A DNA stretch of 32,000 nt from Mycobacterium sp. PSTR-4-N (GCF_022348085.1 NZ_JAKRFN010000007.1:9943-41942), one strand, 5' to 3'. Positions 8,378-17,376 are shown, numbered from the stretch's first letter. Made by a program: numbers and translations. The notes: generated by a model not told the origin, from the sequence alone.

Positions 8378-8938
8378 CTAGTCGTCGCTGGCGACAATCA
8401 ACGCCAGCTCACACGACCGTCGGTCAATGGTGACGAACTCGTGGAAGCCGCTCTCACTTCCCACTGTCTGACCCCAATCGTGTTGCGCCGTGGCGCGAAT
8501 GTCGGGGAGCTGATAGATCGTGGTCGCACGCCGGAACCGCTGATGCACCTCGCGACGGGTGGCCTCCAGATCGGCATCATGCCAGCGGGCATAGGGGCCG
8601 TCCCAGGTCCGGATCGTGCGCTCGGCGAATGTGTCGATCTCTTCTGCAGCGGCATCGGGCGTGGCCTTGACGAAGGTGTTCGGTGAGATCAACGAAAGCC
8701 AGTAGGGGCCATGCCAATACGGCTCGGCTTCCTGCTGGCCGACGCCCCCCACGCCGGCGTAGGAATCTCGGTAGCAAAGGTGGGCGACCAGCAGTGCCAG
8801 CGCGGTGTCGTCGTCGACGTCGCGCCGCAGGGTGAACAATTTGACGCTGATCCATTGGTAGGTTCTGGACGGATTGATAAAGATTTCTCGCTGATACAGC
8901 ATTTGGTCGCCGCTGTCGGCGACCTTGCCTAGCGTCAT
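8378..8938 (-). CDS. Hypothetical soluble protein (186 aa) immediately downstream of eccA
   Basis: Internal ATG 8938 of track ORF 8378..9364; the upstream part of that ORF is Arg-rich and overlaps the eccA 3' end. An alternative ATG at 8989 would add 17 aa. Translation starts MTLGKVADSGDQMLYQREIFINPSRTYQW. No TM helix and no motif I recognise. Confidence 0.5.
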   Translation of the reverse strand: MTLGKVADSGDQMLYQREIFINPSRTYQWISVKLFTLRRDVDDDTALALLVAHLCYRDSYAGVGGVGQQEAEPYWHGPYWLSLISPNTFVKATPDAAAEEIDTFAERTIRTWDGPYARWHDADLEATRREVHQRFRRATTIYQLPDIRATAQHDWGQTVGSESGFHEFVTIDRRSCELALIVASDD

Positions 8939-9000
8939 GATCCGTCCGTGTCGTCTACGCCAGAAACCATGTAGGCATGCACGTGTCATCGACCGTCGAG

Positions 9001-10842
9001 TTAGCTGGTGAGTGTCTGGTCGGACTCGGCGTCGGAGACCGCGGCCGCGACGCCTTCGGCGATGTCTTCGGCGATGAGCTGTTGGAACGGCAGCAGCTGA
9101 GCCTCGGTCAGCAAGTCGTCCTGAGCCAGGAGGGCGTCGAGGTTCTCGTTGTCGACGCGGTTGTTGCGGTGATCGCGCGCCTTCTCGACGATGTTGCGCA
9201 CAAAGCCCGCGTTGCCGAGCCAATCGGTCCCTCGGATGACGTCGCCTTCGGGAGAACGGTTCTCCTGGAGGTAGAACCGCTCGAATACCGGCCGCAGTGT
9301 CGCTTCGACGTCGCCGGCCAAGACGTCCTTGTACTCTGCGGCCATCAGTTCGGTGAGCTGCCACAGTTCATCGGGGGTGTAGGACTCGAACCGGATCACG
9401 GTAGGAAACCGCCGACGCAGCCCCTGGTTCGCCGTCAGCATGCGGTCCATTGCGTTGGGATAGCCCGCACCGAACACAACGAGCTCGGCACGATCGTTCT
9501 CCAGGTAGGGCAGCAACGTCTCCAGAATGGCAGTGCCGTAGGCATCGCCACCGGAGTAACCGGTTTCGTAGAGGTTGTGCATCTCGTCGATGAACAGGGC
9601 CCCACCCATTGCCCCTTCGACGGTGGCCTCGGTGTTCTTCTCCGCATCACCCATGTGCCGGCCCAGCAGCTTGGAACGGCGCGTCTCGACAACGGTCGGG
9701 CGCCGCAGAACACCCAGCCCGCAGAGCTGCTTGGTCAGCGACCGCGCCACCGTCGTCTTGCCCGTTCCCGGCGGACCCAGCAGCAGGGTGTGCCGCGAAC
9801 TGACCGGCACCGGCAGCCCCGCCTTGGTGCGCAGCTGGTTCACCTTGGTCGTGGAGCGGATGCGCTTCACTTCACGTTTGGCAGCGTCCATGCCGAGCAT
9901 GGCATTGAGTTCGGCGTCGCCCTCGGCAAGCAGCTTCCCGGCCTGCGCGGAATGTTTGGCCGCCTCGGCGGCTTCCTTGGTCGGGGCGCTGTCGGGGTCC
10001 CACGGATCGGTCCGCGACTCGATCGCCTCGGGACTGGTCAGCACCAGCCGAATCGCCTGATCGTCGAGCGCCTCGCGAGCCGGTGTGAACTGGGAATCGC
10101 GCGAGTATGCCCGGCGCAGGAGCTGGTTGGCGTCATCGGCCTTGTCGAGGTGACGTAGGCACATCGCTTGGGTGTAGAGCCCTATGACCGCCGCTGCCGG
10201 GAGGAGATCGGATTCGACGGCCTTCTGGGCGCGACGGTAGCCGTCTTCGAAGACGCCCAGGGAGGCCAACGCGGTGGCCGCCATCGCCGAGGCCGCGGCG
10301 CCGTAGATTGGCAATCGCCACACCCGGTCGCTGGAGAACGCGGCGAGCACGTCGGGCCAGCGCTTGGTCTGAAACTGCAACAGTCCACGCGCGTAGACGT
10401 GAGAGTCGACGTCGAACGGGTCGGCGGGCGCAGCATCGGCCAGGAGCGCGTCAGCCTTCGCGAACTGTTGCTCGCGGATGAGAGCCACGGCCAGCGCGGC
10501 GCGCAGAGAATCGCGGGAGGTGATCTCCAGTCTCAAAAAGACCCCGTCGGACACCATGGGTCGAAACGCCGTGCCACGCAGATTGAGTCGCTGAATCTCC
10601 CACCCATAGGACTCGCGAGCATCCCACGCCGCCTGGACAACGTGGACGCTGTCGTCACCCGCGACGATGCGCGCCAGCCACGCATCACAGATCCCCGGAT
10701 CGAAATCGGTGGCCTTCTTGAACATGTCGGCGGCCACCCGCGGGTTGCTTCCAGCCATCACACCATCGACGTTGATGTTGGAGGCCAGGAGGCCGCGGGT
10801 CATGGCGGCGCGAGCTTGGTCGCTCGCATGCGCGGTGGTCAT
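9001..10842 (-). CDS. eccA: EccA, ESX-associated AAA+ (CbxX-type) ATPase with N-terminal TPR-like domain (613 aa)
   Basis: ATG 10842 with AAGGGG upstream. Walker A LLLGPPGTGKTTVARSL and Walker B ALFIDEMH. A long helical N-terminal half is typical of EccA. Its position after eccE fits the ESX order. Confidence 0.9.
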   Translation of the reverse strand: MTTAHASDQARAAMTRGLLASNINVDGVMAGSNPRVAADMFKKATDFDPGICDAWLARIVAGDDSVHVVQAAWDARESYGWEIQRLNLRGTAFRPMVSDGVFLRLEITSRDSLRAALAVALIREQQFAKADALLADAAPADPFDVDSHVYARGLLQFQTKRWPDVLAAFSSDRVWRLPIYGAAASAMAATALASLGVFEDGYRRAQKAVESDLLPAAAVIGLYTQAMCLRHLDKADDANQLLRRAYSRDSQFTPAREALDDQAIRLVLTSPEAIESRTDPWDPDSAPTKEAAEAAKHSAQAGKLLAEGDAELNAMLGMDAAKREVKRIRSTTKVNQLRTKAGLPVPVSSRHTLLLGPPGTGKTTVARSLTKQLCGLGVLRRPTVVETRRSKLLGRHMGDAEKNTEATVEGAMGGALFIDEMHNLYETGYSGGDAYGTAILETLLPYLENDRAELVVFGAGYPNAMDRMLTANQGLRRRFPTVIRFESYTPDELWQLTELMAAEYKDVLAGDVEATLRPVFERFYLQENRSPEGDVIRGTDWLGNAGFVRNIVEKARDHRNNRVDNENLDALLAQDDLLTEAQLLPFQQLIAEDIAEGVAAAVSDAESDQTLTS

Positions 10843-10894
10843 TGCCGTTGTGCCCCTTGCCTAGTCAAAACGTCTCTGGTGTCGACCCGTTCGT

Positions 10895-12490
10895 TCACGC
10901 CGCCCGCCGGGTAGTGGCGGCGATCTCGTTGCGTTCGGACTTCACGTCGATTTGCACGCGGTAGCGGAACTCAGCTGTGCGGACGACGGCAGTGCTGTTG
11001 GAATCCTGTTCCAGGTGCACGTCGGCGACGCTGGCCGTTCCCGCGCTCACCGCACGCATCGTGATCGCCGCACTGGGATGCGCACCGGTCGCGCCCGCAT
11101 GGTCATAGACGACGATCATCGCGCGGCCCTCATCGGGCAGCTCGTCGGGGACCTCGCGAACCACCCGCAGACCGGTGGCCGCCGCGCAGCGCCACAGCTG
11201 CGGTCTGTCGGTCACCACGGCCACCTGGTACCCCGTGGCAGCAGCGCGACGGGCGACCTGAACGAGCAGGGCAAGCTCCCCTGCCACGGTGACCAGCGCG
11301 CGGCGGCCGGGACGAGCGTCGCCGAGCGGGATCAGCATCGGGTGGTGCTTGGCGGTCGCCCCGATCAGAACCCCCGTGGCGCCGATGGGTGCGCGCAAGT
11401 TCTCACCGTCGGCCAAGACGCGGTGCGGCACCCGCAGGGCTGGTACCCGAGGCTCGAGCAGCGTCGCCCGCAGCGCCGCCTCTTGTTGGCCGGAGAGCGG
11501 GTTGAGGCCGCGCAGCGGCGGTTCCTTGAGTGCGCCGCCCGTCGCGTAGCGAACGAGCATTCCCACCGAGACCACCCCGCCTTCCCCTGGACGCAGCTGA
11601 ACGCTGGTCATGGTGGTGTCGGTGTCGGGTGCCCACAGCCGGTCGAGCGTGGCGGTGGTGATGTCAGCGGGTGACACCCAGTAGCTGGTCACGGCACCTG
11701 CCGGGTGCACCAGAGCCGACCACCGCGCAGCGGCCCCATTGGCCAGCGGACCCGCGACGGCCGCGTCGAGTTCATCGAGCTCGGCGGTGCCCACCAGGCG
11801 CGCCGGGCACCCGTGTGCGCTGAGCTCGACGGCCAGCCGGCGGGCACACGCCGCCAGGGTCGCCGCGACGGAGTCGCGGGCGGCGATCGCGCCGGTGTTG
11901 TCGCGGCTCCGCAAGCGCAGAACGCACCACGTGCTGCGCTGCCCCACCGCGCCGTAGTCGGCGACGATCCCGGAGTAGGTCTCGGAGTACGGATGATGGT
12001 CAGCCGATGCGCGTCGTCGACCCACGCTGTGCACGTCAATCCCTGCCAACTCGACGTCGAATTGGGTGACCGCGGCCGCGACCACCCCCAGCGGCAGAGA
12101 AACCCCGGACTGCACGCGGTGCTGATCGAGCACCGAAGGGGTGTGGGAGGGACCGTCGACGGCCACCACCGCCAACGCTTCGTACTCGTCGCCGCGAATC
12201 GCCACCTCCTCGTCAGTCCAACGAGGCCGATGCAAACACACCGGTGCGGTGACCGTCGTACGCGCGCCGCCCCGATGTAGCTGACGCAGCGCGAGGACAC
12301 CGAGTGTTTCCCGGCGCCACGTCACCAGCATGGCCGTGTCGACAAGGAGCGCGACCACGATGGGCGCGATCAGAGCGACCGGGCCGTGCCACAGCCGCGT
12401 TCCCGCAACGAGAAGTGCGACCGTCGCGACGAACGCCACGACGACCCTCCACCACGTGAGCCGAAGCCCCACCGCGAACGCCGATTTCAC
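10895..12490 (-). CDS. eccE: EccE, ESX membrane component (531 aa)
   Basis: Start reassigned to GTG 12490. It overlaps the mycP stop (GTGA) and is preceded by AGAGGGGGG. The N-terminus VKSAFAVGLRLTWWRVVVAFVATVALLVAGTRLW...ALIAPIVVALLVDTAMLV gives the two-TM hairpin typical of EccE. The gene follows mycP. Confidence 0.8.
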   Translation of the reverse strand: MKSAFAVGLRLTWWRVVVAFVATVALLVAGTRLWHGPVALIAPIVVALLVDTAMLVTWRRETLGVLALRQLHRGGARTTVTAPVCLHRPRWTDEEVAIRGDEYEALAVVAVDGPSHTPSVLDQHRVQSGVSLPLGVVAAAVTQFDVELAGIDVHSVGRRRASADHHPYSETYSGIVADYGAVGQRSTWCVLRLRSRDNTGAIAARDSVAATLAACARRLAVELSAHGCPARLVGTAELDELDAAVAGPLANGAAARWSALVHPAGAVTSYWVSPADITTATLDRLWAPDTDTTMTSVQLRPGEGGVVSVGMLVRYATGGALKEPPLRGLNPLSGQQEAALRATLLEPRVPALRVPHRVLADGENLRAPIGATGVLIGATAKHHPMLIPLGDARPGRRALVTVAGELALLVQVARRAAATGYQVAVVTDRPQLWRCAAATGLRVVREVPDELPDEGRAMIVVYDHAGATGAHPSAAITMRAVSAGTASVADVHLEQDSNSTAVVRTAEFRYRVQIDVKSERNEIAATTRRAA

Positions 12491-14154
12491 TGAGCCCCCC
12501 TCTTGCGAACGATCGCCGCGACCCCGACCGCAGCAGCCGACAGCAGACCCACCGCACCGATCCCACCGAGCGCCATCCACACCGGTGACATGTCCCGACC
12601 AGGGTGCGGTGGCGGCATCACCAGTCGATCCGAGATGCGTTCGGGCGGCCGGGGATCACCGTCGGGAAGGTCATAGGTCAACGCCGCAACCGGGTCCACG
12701 ATCCCAAACCCCACCTGATTGTCGACACCGCGGGCCGGCGGGCGAGCAGTGCGCACTAGACGGTTGATGATCTGATGCGACGTCAGATTCGGATACTTCG
12801 CACGCACCAGGGTCGCGACACCGGACACAATGGCGGCCGAGAACGACGTGCCGGCCGGGGAGACGAGCTGCTTGTCCTGGCCCTCAACGGCGTTCATCAG
12901 TCCGTCGTCACGCGCGGACAGGCTCTCGACGTTCGTCCCCGGCGCGGCGATCGACACCCACGGACCGGCGATGCTCAGATCGGTCAACGGGTTTGCGTCG
13001 GCGTCGACCGCGCCCACGGTGAGCACGTAGTCGGAAAACCACGCCGGGGTCACGACCGTCGAGACCCCGGCCCAGTCGCGAGAGTCGTTCGGGCTCAACG
13101 GGTTGTAGATGGGGTTCTGCTTGCAGTCCTTGTTACTGGTGTTTCCCGCGGCCGCGACGATGACCGCGTCCTTGTCCACCGCGGCGTAGCGGATCGCGGC
13201 ACCGAGCGCTTTCTGGTCGATCACGTCCAACGCACTCATGCACGACACCTCGGAAATGTTGATGACCTTGGCGCCCATATTGGCCGCGTGCACGACGGCC
13301 CTGGCCATCGTTTCGATGTCGCCGGCCTTGCGCCGGGTCACCGGGTCTTCGTTGCCAAACGCGTTCTCCGGGCTGAACGCCTGAGAGGACTGCCGGATCG
13401 AGATGATCGCGGCGTCCGGCGCGATGCCGGTATAGGCGTCCGGCGGCGGAATCACCGGTGCCGGTGGGGGTGGCGGGTCGTCGAGGGGCAGCGGGACCCG
13501 GTGGTCGACCAGCTGGACCTGCAGCGCCCCACCGTCGTTGCGCCACGCCGCCGGCGGCGCCGGTGGTGGCGGTGGCGGGGGTGGCGGAGGCACCTGAACG
13601 ATCACCGTCTGTGGCGGTGGCGGTGGTGGCGGCGGTGGCGGTGCCTCGGAGGTGGGGACGCTGTCGGGTTGGCGGGTTTGGCGCTGCGGCGGCAGAGGTG
13701 TCTTGCCGTCAGCGGGAGCGGCCCCGATGATCGACGCGACGATGGTTCCATGGGCATCGCAGTCTTGCAGGCCGTCGCCGTCGGAGACGTAATCGCCCCC
13801 GGGGATGAGGTTCGGCAGGCGCGGGTGCGGGTTAACACCGGTGTCGATGACCGCGACGGTGACGCCCGCGCCGCGACCGAATTGCCAAGCCTCCGAAAGA
13901 TTCATCATGTCGAGGTAGCGCGGCTGCACGCGGTAGTCGGTGCCCGGGAGCGTGCCCACGCGCGGGCAGTAGGCGCCCTGCCTCATCGGTTCCGGCGGCG
14001 ACGGAGGACCGTCTGGCGGCACCGCTGCCGGGTCGATCGTGGGTGGGGCGACCGCTGCTGCAGACGGCGCGGTGGCCAAGGCAGGCGCGAGGGCCAGCAG
14101 GGCGGAGGCCGCGACACACGACGCGCCGCGCACCGAGGCGGGAACCGGACTCAC
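12487..14154 (-). CDS. mycP: Mycosin MycP, subtilisin-like serine protease with C-terminal TM anchor (555 aa), Pro-rich insertion
   Basis: Start reassigned to GTG 14154 (GTGA overlap with the eccD stop), which gives a signal peptide ASCVAASALLALAPALATAPSAAA. Catalytic motifs: VAVIDTGV (Asp), DCDAHGTIVASIIG (His), AGTSFSAAIVSGVA (Ser). C-terminal TM: VWMALGGIGAVGLLSAAAVGVAAIV. Confidence 0.9.
   Translation of the reverse strand: MSPVPASVRGASCVAASALLALAPALATAPSAAAVAPPTIDPAAVPPDGPPSPPEPMRQGAYCPRVGTLPGTDYRVQPRYLDMMNLSEAWQFGRGAGVTVAVIDTGVNPHPRLPNLIPGGDYVSDGDGLQDCDAHGTIVASIIGAAPADGKTPLPPQRQTRQPDSVPTSEAPPPPPPPPPPQTVIVQVPPPPPPPPPPAPPAAWRNDGGALQVQLVDHRVPLPLDDPPPPPAPVIPPPDAYTGIAPDAAIISIRQSSQAFSPENAFGNEDPVTRRKAGDIETMARAVVHAANMGAKVINISEVSCMSALDVIDQKALGAAIRYAAVDKDAVIVAAAGNTSNKDCKQNPIYNPLSPNDSRDWAGVSTVVTPAWFSDYVLTVGAVDADANPLTDLSIAGPWVSIAAPGTNVESLSARDDGLMNAVEGQDKQLVSPAGTSFSAAIVSGVATLVRAKYPNLTSHQIINRLVRTARPPARGVDNQVGFGIVDPVAALTYDLPDGDPRPPERISDRLVMPPPHPGRDMSPVWMALGGIGAVGLLSAAAVGVAAIVRKRGAQ
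13561..13641 (-). repeat. Two 30-nt (CCN)10 tracts encoding Pro10 runs inside mycP
   Basis: The plus strand reads (GGN)10 at 13561-13590 and again at 13612-13641, separated by 21 nt encoding QTVIVQV. Protein: APPPPPPPPPPQTVIVQVPPPPPPPPPPAPP. Confidence 0.8.
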
Positions 14155-15743
14155 GAGCGGTACCTGATCGCCGAGAACACACCCATGAGCCAAAACGTCA
14201 GCGGGAACGGTGCGACGAAGAGCACGTAGCCCATCAATTCGACGACCTGCTTGAACATGGGGCTGTAGACGTGGGTGGGGATGATTGCCGCCAAGGCCAG
14301 CCCCGCGGCGGTCAGAACGAGCATGCACGCACACCCGATCAGCAGCGCGGCCGGCGACCACAGTTCGAGGACGTAGCGCAGCGGGACGGCCAGGCCGACC
14401 GCCACGGCCGCTACGGCCACCAACGTCGATTGCTGGCGGTCGGTGTAAGACCTGGCGTGCAGCAGGATGCAGCCGGCGCTGGTGGCGGCAACCACCAGCG
14501 GCAGCCAACGCGGGTCGGCGTGTGGATCGCACAGTGCAGTCGAGCAGATCACCAGCAGGATCGAGAATCCAGCGAGCAGCCCCGTCTGAAAGCCGCGCGC
14601 GCGGTCGACGGAGATGACGACGTTGCGGACAGATTCAGGGCCCTCCAAAGTGGGCGCCGTACCGCTGGGCACCACCACGGCGCTGGGAAGGTCTGGTCGC
14701 GTCTCGAAGATCCACCGACCGCTGGCTGAGGGGAACACCGGTAGCCGCAGGTTGGCCAGCATGCGCGCCAACCCGGGGGTCAGCTTGAGGCAGAAGATGC
14801 TGACCAGCAGCACGATGCCCAACAGCGACACCGCTGAGGTGACCCACAACATGCGCGCCACACCGGAGAGCAGGGTCGCGACGCTAAGTACGACCACCGC
14901 GGTGCACAGCGCGATGTGGCGACCGGTGAAGCGCATGGGGAGAATCGCCGCGGCCAGCGTCACCGCGGCGCCAAGGCCGGCGTGCACGGCGCCCAACGGG
15001 CCGGGAATGAGCACAGATGCCGCGACGGCCGTGGTGGTAGCCGCCAGGAGCAGGAACGCGTCGGCCACGAACAGTTCAGCGCGTAACACATCGGCCCGGC
15101 CGGGTTCGGCGCCGCGCAGGTCGCCGGCTGCGCGGCGGTTGCGCGTCGACCGGATTCCGGTGACCGCCGCGACGATGAGCAGGACCAGCGCACACACTCC
15201 CGCAGCGGCGCTGGCGGTCCAGTCATCGTGGCCGTAGCGCCAGCGCAGCAGCAACGCATCGACCAGAAATGTCGCGCCCGCTACCAGGATGACACCGACC
15301 CGCGCGGCCCACGGCGGGGTCACCGACGGCCAGTGCTTGCGCAGCTCGGCGGGAATGGCGCTGGTGACGTGTTCGATCACCGGAATTCGTGTCTCGACGT
15401 CGTCGATGAAGCGCAGCCACAACGTGGCGCCGTCGAGGACTGCCTGCTCGCTCAAGGAGCGCTTCGGTTTCAACGGTGTGCCGTCGACCCAGCACAACGC
15501 CCACCGGCCGCGGCCGGCGACCGGATCTCCCGGACGCACCGACAACCGCGGCTTTCCGATCTCGGCCAGACGGACGTTGAGCACGTCGACCAGCGCCGGG
15601 GTCTGGATGCCGATGGCTGCGGCAGCGTCGAGGCGCACCGCGATCGAGACGTCGTTGACCATGACCGCGACGAGCACCTGACGCAGCTGCTCGGTTTCCT
15701 CCCCCGCCCCGGCGCTAACCGCGGCGTCACGAACAGAGGTCAC
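14151..15743 (-). CDS. eccD: EccD, polytopic ESX membrane channel component (530 aa)
   Basis: Start reassigned to GTG 15743 (GTGA overlap with the upstream stop). An N-terminal soluble ubiquitin-like-type region (VSIAVRLDAAAAIGIQTPALVDVL...TLWLRFIDD) is followed by about 11 hydrophobic helices. Confidence 0.85.
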   Translation of the reverse strand: MTSVRDAAVSAGAGEETEQLRQVLVAVMVNDVSIAVRLDAAAAIGIQTPALVDVLNVRLAEIGKPRLSVRPGDPVAGRGRWALCWVDGTPLKPKRSLSEQAVLDGATLWLRFIDDVETRIPVIEHVTSAIPAELRKHWPSVTPPWAARVGVILVAGATFLVDALLLRWRYGHDDWTASAAAGVCALVLLIVAAVTGIRSTRNRRAAGDLRGAEPGRADVLRAELFVADAFLLLAATTTAVAASVLIPGPLGAVHAGLGAAVTLAAAILPMRFTGRHIALCTAVVVLSVATLLSGVARMLWVTSAVSLLGIVLLVSIFCLKLTPGLARMLANLRLPVFPSASGRWIFETRPDLPSAVVVPSGTAPTLEGPESVRNVVISVDRARGFQTGLLAGFSILLVICSTALCDPHADPRWLPLVVAATSAGCILLHARSYTDRQQSTLVAVAAVAVGLAVPLRYVLELWSPAALLIGCACMLVLTAAGLALAAIIPTHVYSPMFKQVVELMGYVLFVAPFPLTFWLMGVFSAIRYRS

Positions 15744-17260
15744 CGCTGGGCCGTCCGTCCGCTGCGGAAGCCCTGAGCCAGCCACGCCGCCACGTCCATG
15801 AAGGCGTACTGGGTGTCGCGGCGCAGCGCGTCGAAGTCGAGCTGGGGGTTGTCGCGCAGGTCCTTGTCCCACGGCACGGTGGTCACCCCGCCCACCCGCT
15901 GGCCCATGGTTTCCCGCACCTTGGCCAAGAAGTCCTTGTTGGCGCAGTTGTAGACGTCGTTGAGTACGAGCGCCGAACGTCGCAGCAGCGCCTGGTATTC
16001 GCTGCGCGCGGCGAGCCACTTAATCGTGGTCTCCGCCGCCGCCGCGCCGTCGAAGTTCATCGTGCCGACGATGATCAGCGCGTCGACCTTCGACAGCACC
16101 GCTTGCATGACCGGGTGCTCGATCTCTGGCCCACAGTCGATGAGCGCCAGCTGGTAGAACCGGCGAACGCGGTCCAGCACGGCGGTGAAGGCCTGCGGTG
16201 ACAGGTCGAACGGGTGGGCGACGTTCTGGTTGGCGCCCAGCACCTCCAGGCCCGGACCGTTCTTGCCGGTGTAGTGGCGGGCCATCGGGTAGGTGTTGAG
16301 GTTGCCGTCGGCCAGGAAGTCGCGGATCGACGCGGTGGCGGTCGGATCGATGAGGCGACCCAGGGCCCCGTAGGTCGGGTTGGCGTCGATGGCGATCACC
16401 GGTTCAGTCCGATACTTGGCGTAGGCAGTACCCACGCCGGCGGTCATCCGTGTCTTGCCGACACCGCCACGCACGCACACCACGCCGATCAGGTAGTTGC
16501 CGGGGATGTTGGTCTTGATGAGGTCGATCTGTTCGCGCAGACGCTGCTCGGCAGGGCCGGCGCCCAGGTTGATGGTCTTGCCCGACCCGACGTACACCGT
16601 TTTGCGCCAACCCATCTCGGGCGGCAGCTTGCGGGCGGCCACGACGTCCTCAGCGCGCAGCGCCGGAGCGTTCGAGAAGTCCGAATCGTTGGCCTGAGAC
16701 GGTGCGAAGCTCAGCTCGCGGGCCGCCTCCCAGCTCGCCGGCGCCTCCCGTCGTGCCACTTCGTAACCGGTGTCGGCCGGTCCCCGGCCGCGGGGCGCTG
16801 CGAACGACTGAGCGGTTGGTCGGTGACGTTCGGGGACGCGGGTGGCCATGTCCTGGCCGGCGTCTGTGACCGCCGACATCGGCCCCGACGACGGTTGAGC
16901 CAGTTCGCTGCGCTCCGGTACGGCGGGACTCTGATAACCGCGACCATCGGTGGCGGGGCCGCGATGGCGGGGTCCGTCATCCCTGCCTTCGCCCCGGCCG
17001 TCGGCCGGACGCTGCGGGGCGTCGTAGTGTCGAGCGGCACGCGCGGCTGCGAGGACCGCCGGGTCGATGGCTTGTGTCGTCTCCGCCCACCCTGGGCGCT
17101 GCTCGGCGTAGGGCACCGTCGGTTCAGGCAGCGAGGGCGTCGCCGGGGCCTGTGGTTCGCCACCGATGTCGGGCTCGTGCTCCACACTCCAGCCGGGAGT
17201 GCCCTCGTCGGCGTCGCGCTCGTCGAGATACCGCGCCTGAAAATCTGGATCCATGCTCAT
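15740..17260 (-). CDS. ParA/MinD-type P-loop ATPase with Pro-rich disordered N-terminal half (506 aa); EspI / Rv3888c-like
   Basis: ATG 17260 has GGGGTGG upstream; the track start 17269 is a GTG three codons earlier. Deviant Walker A IGVVCVRGGVGKTRMT (16451-16471), then VIAIDANPTYG. The first 230 aa or so are rich in P/A/D/E/R. Its position between espG and eccD is as in M. tuberculosis ESX-2. Confidence 0.75.
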   Translation of the reverse strand: MSMDPDFQARYLDERDADEGTPGWSVEHEPDIGGEPQAPATPSLPEPTVPYAEQRPGWAETTQAIDPAVLAAARAARHYDAPQRPADGRGEGRDDGPRHRGPATDGRGYQSPAVPERSELAQPSSGPMSAVTDAGQDMATRVPERHRPTAQSFAAPRGRGPADTGYEVARREAPASWEAARELSFAPSQANDSDFSNAPALRAEDVVAARKLPPEMGWRKTVYVGSGKTINLGAGPAEQRLREQIDLIKTNIPGNYLIGVVCVRGGVGKTRMTAGVGTAYAKYRTEPVIAIDANPTYGALGRLIDPTATASIRDFLADGNLNTYPMARHYTGKNGPGLEVLGANQNVAHPFDLSPQAFTAVLDRVRRFYQLALIDCGPEIEHPVMQAVLSKVDALIIVGTMNFDGAAAAETTIKWLAARSEYQALLRRSALVLNDVYNCANKDFLAKVRETMGQRVGGVTTVPWDKDLRDNPQLDFDALRRDTQYAFMDVAAWLAQGFRSGRTAQR

Positions 17261-17376
17261 GAAAACCACCCCAATGGCTTGAAGAACAACTATTGATGCA
17301 ATCGTAGGGCCGCCGAATACCGGTTAACTACGCCCAAAGAAGAAAGTTCGGTACAAAATTGCCAGGCGCTCAGTAA

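Noticed and set aside
8977-10914. Plus-strand ORFs 8977..10158 (393 aa) and 10168..10914 (248 aa)
   Set aside because: They lie antisense to eccA, whose minus-strand translation has unambiguous AAA+ motifs. The plus translations are low-complexity Gly/Arg/Val-rich sequence.
13440-13645. GGN/CCN repeat tracts considered as VNTR, CRISPR-like or other non-coding repeat
   Set aside because: They lie in frame inside mycP and encode polyproline. There is no spacer-repeat periodicity. They are reported as a coding repeat instead.
12775-14229. Plus-strand 484-aa ORF opposite mycP, plus smaller ORFs at 13133-14182
   Set aside because: They lie antisense to or in alternate frames of the mycosin gene, which has a clear Asp/His/Ser triad. 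The Trp/Arg repeats (WWRWRGWRR) are simply the reverse reading of the poly-Pro codons.
14155-14532. Long N-terminal extensions in the track for mycP (to 14532), eccD (to 16019), eccE (to 12580) and PPE (to 20569)
   Set aside because: The extensions overlap the 3' ends of upstream genes and are Arg-rich. They lie upstream of GTG starts that yield canonical N-termini: a signal peptide for MycP, a TM hairpin for EccE and the GALPPEINS motif for PPE. Those starts also have RBSs or GTGA coupling.
16214-17296. Plus-strand 360-aa ORF opposite the ParA-like gene
   Set aside because: This is an antisense shadow. The minus frame carries a P-loop and conserved ParA-like blocks.
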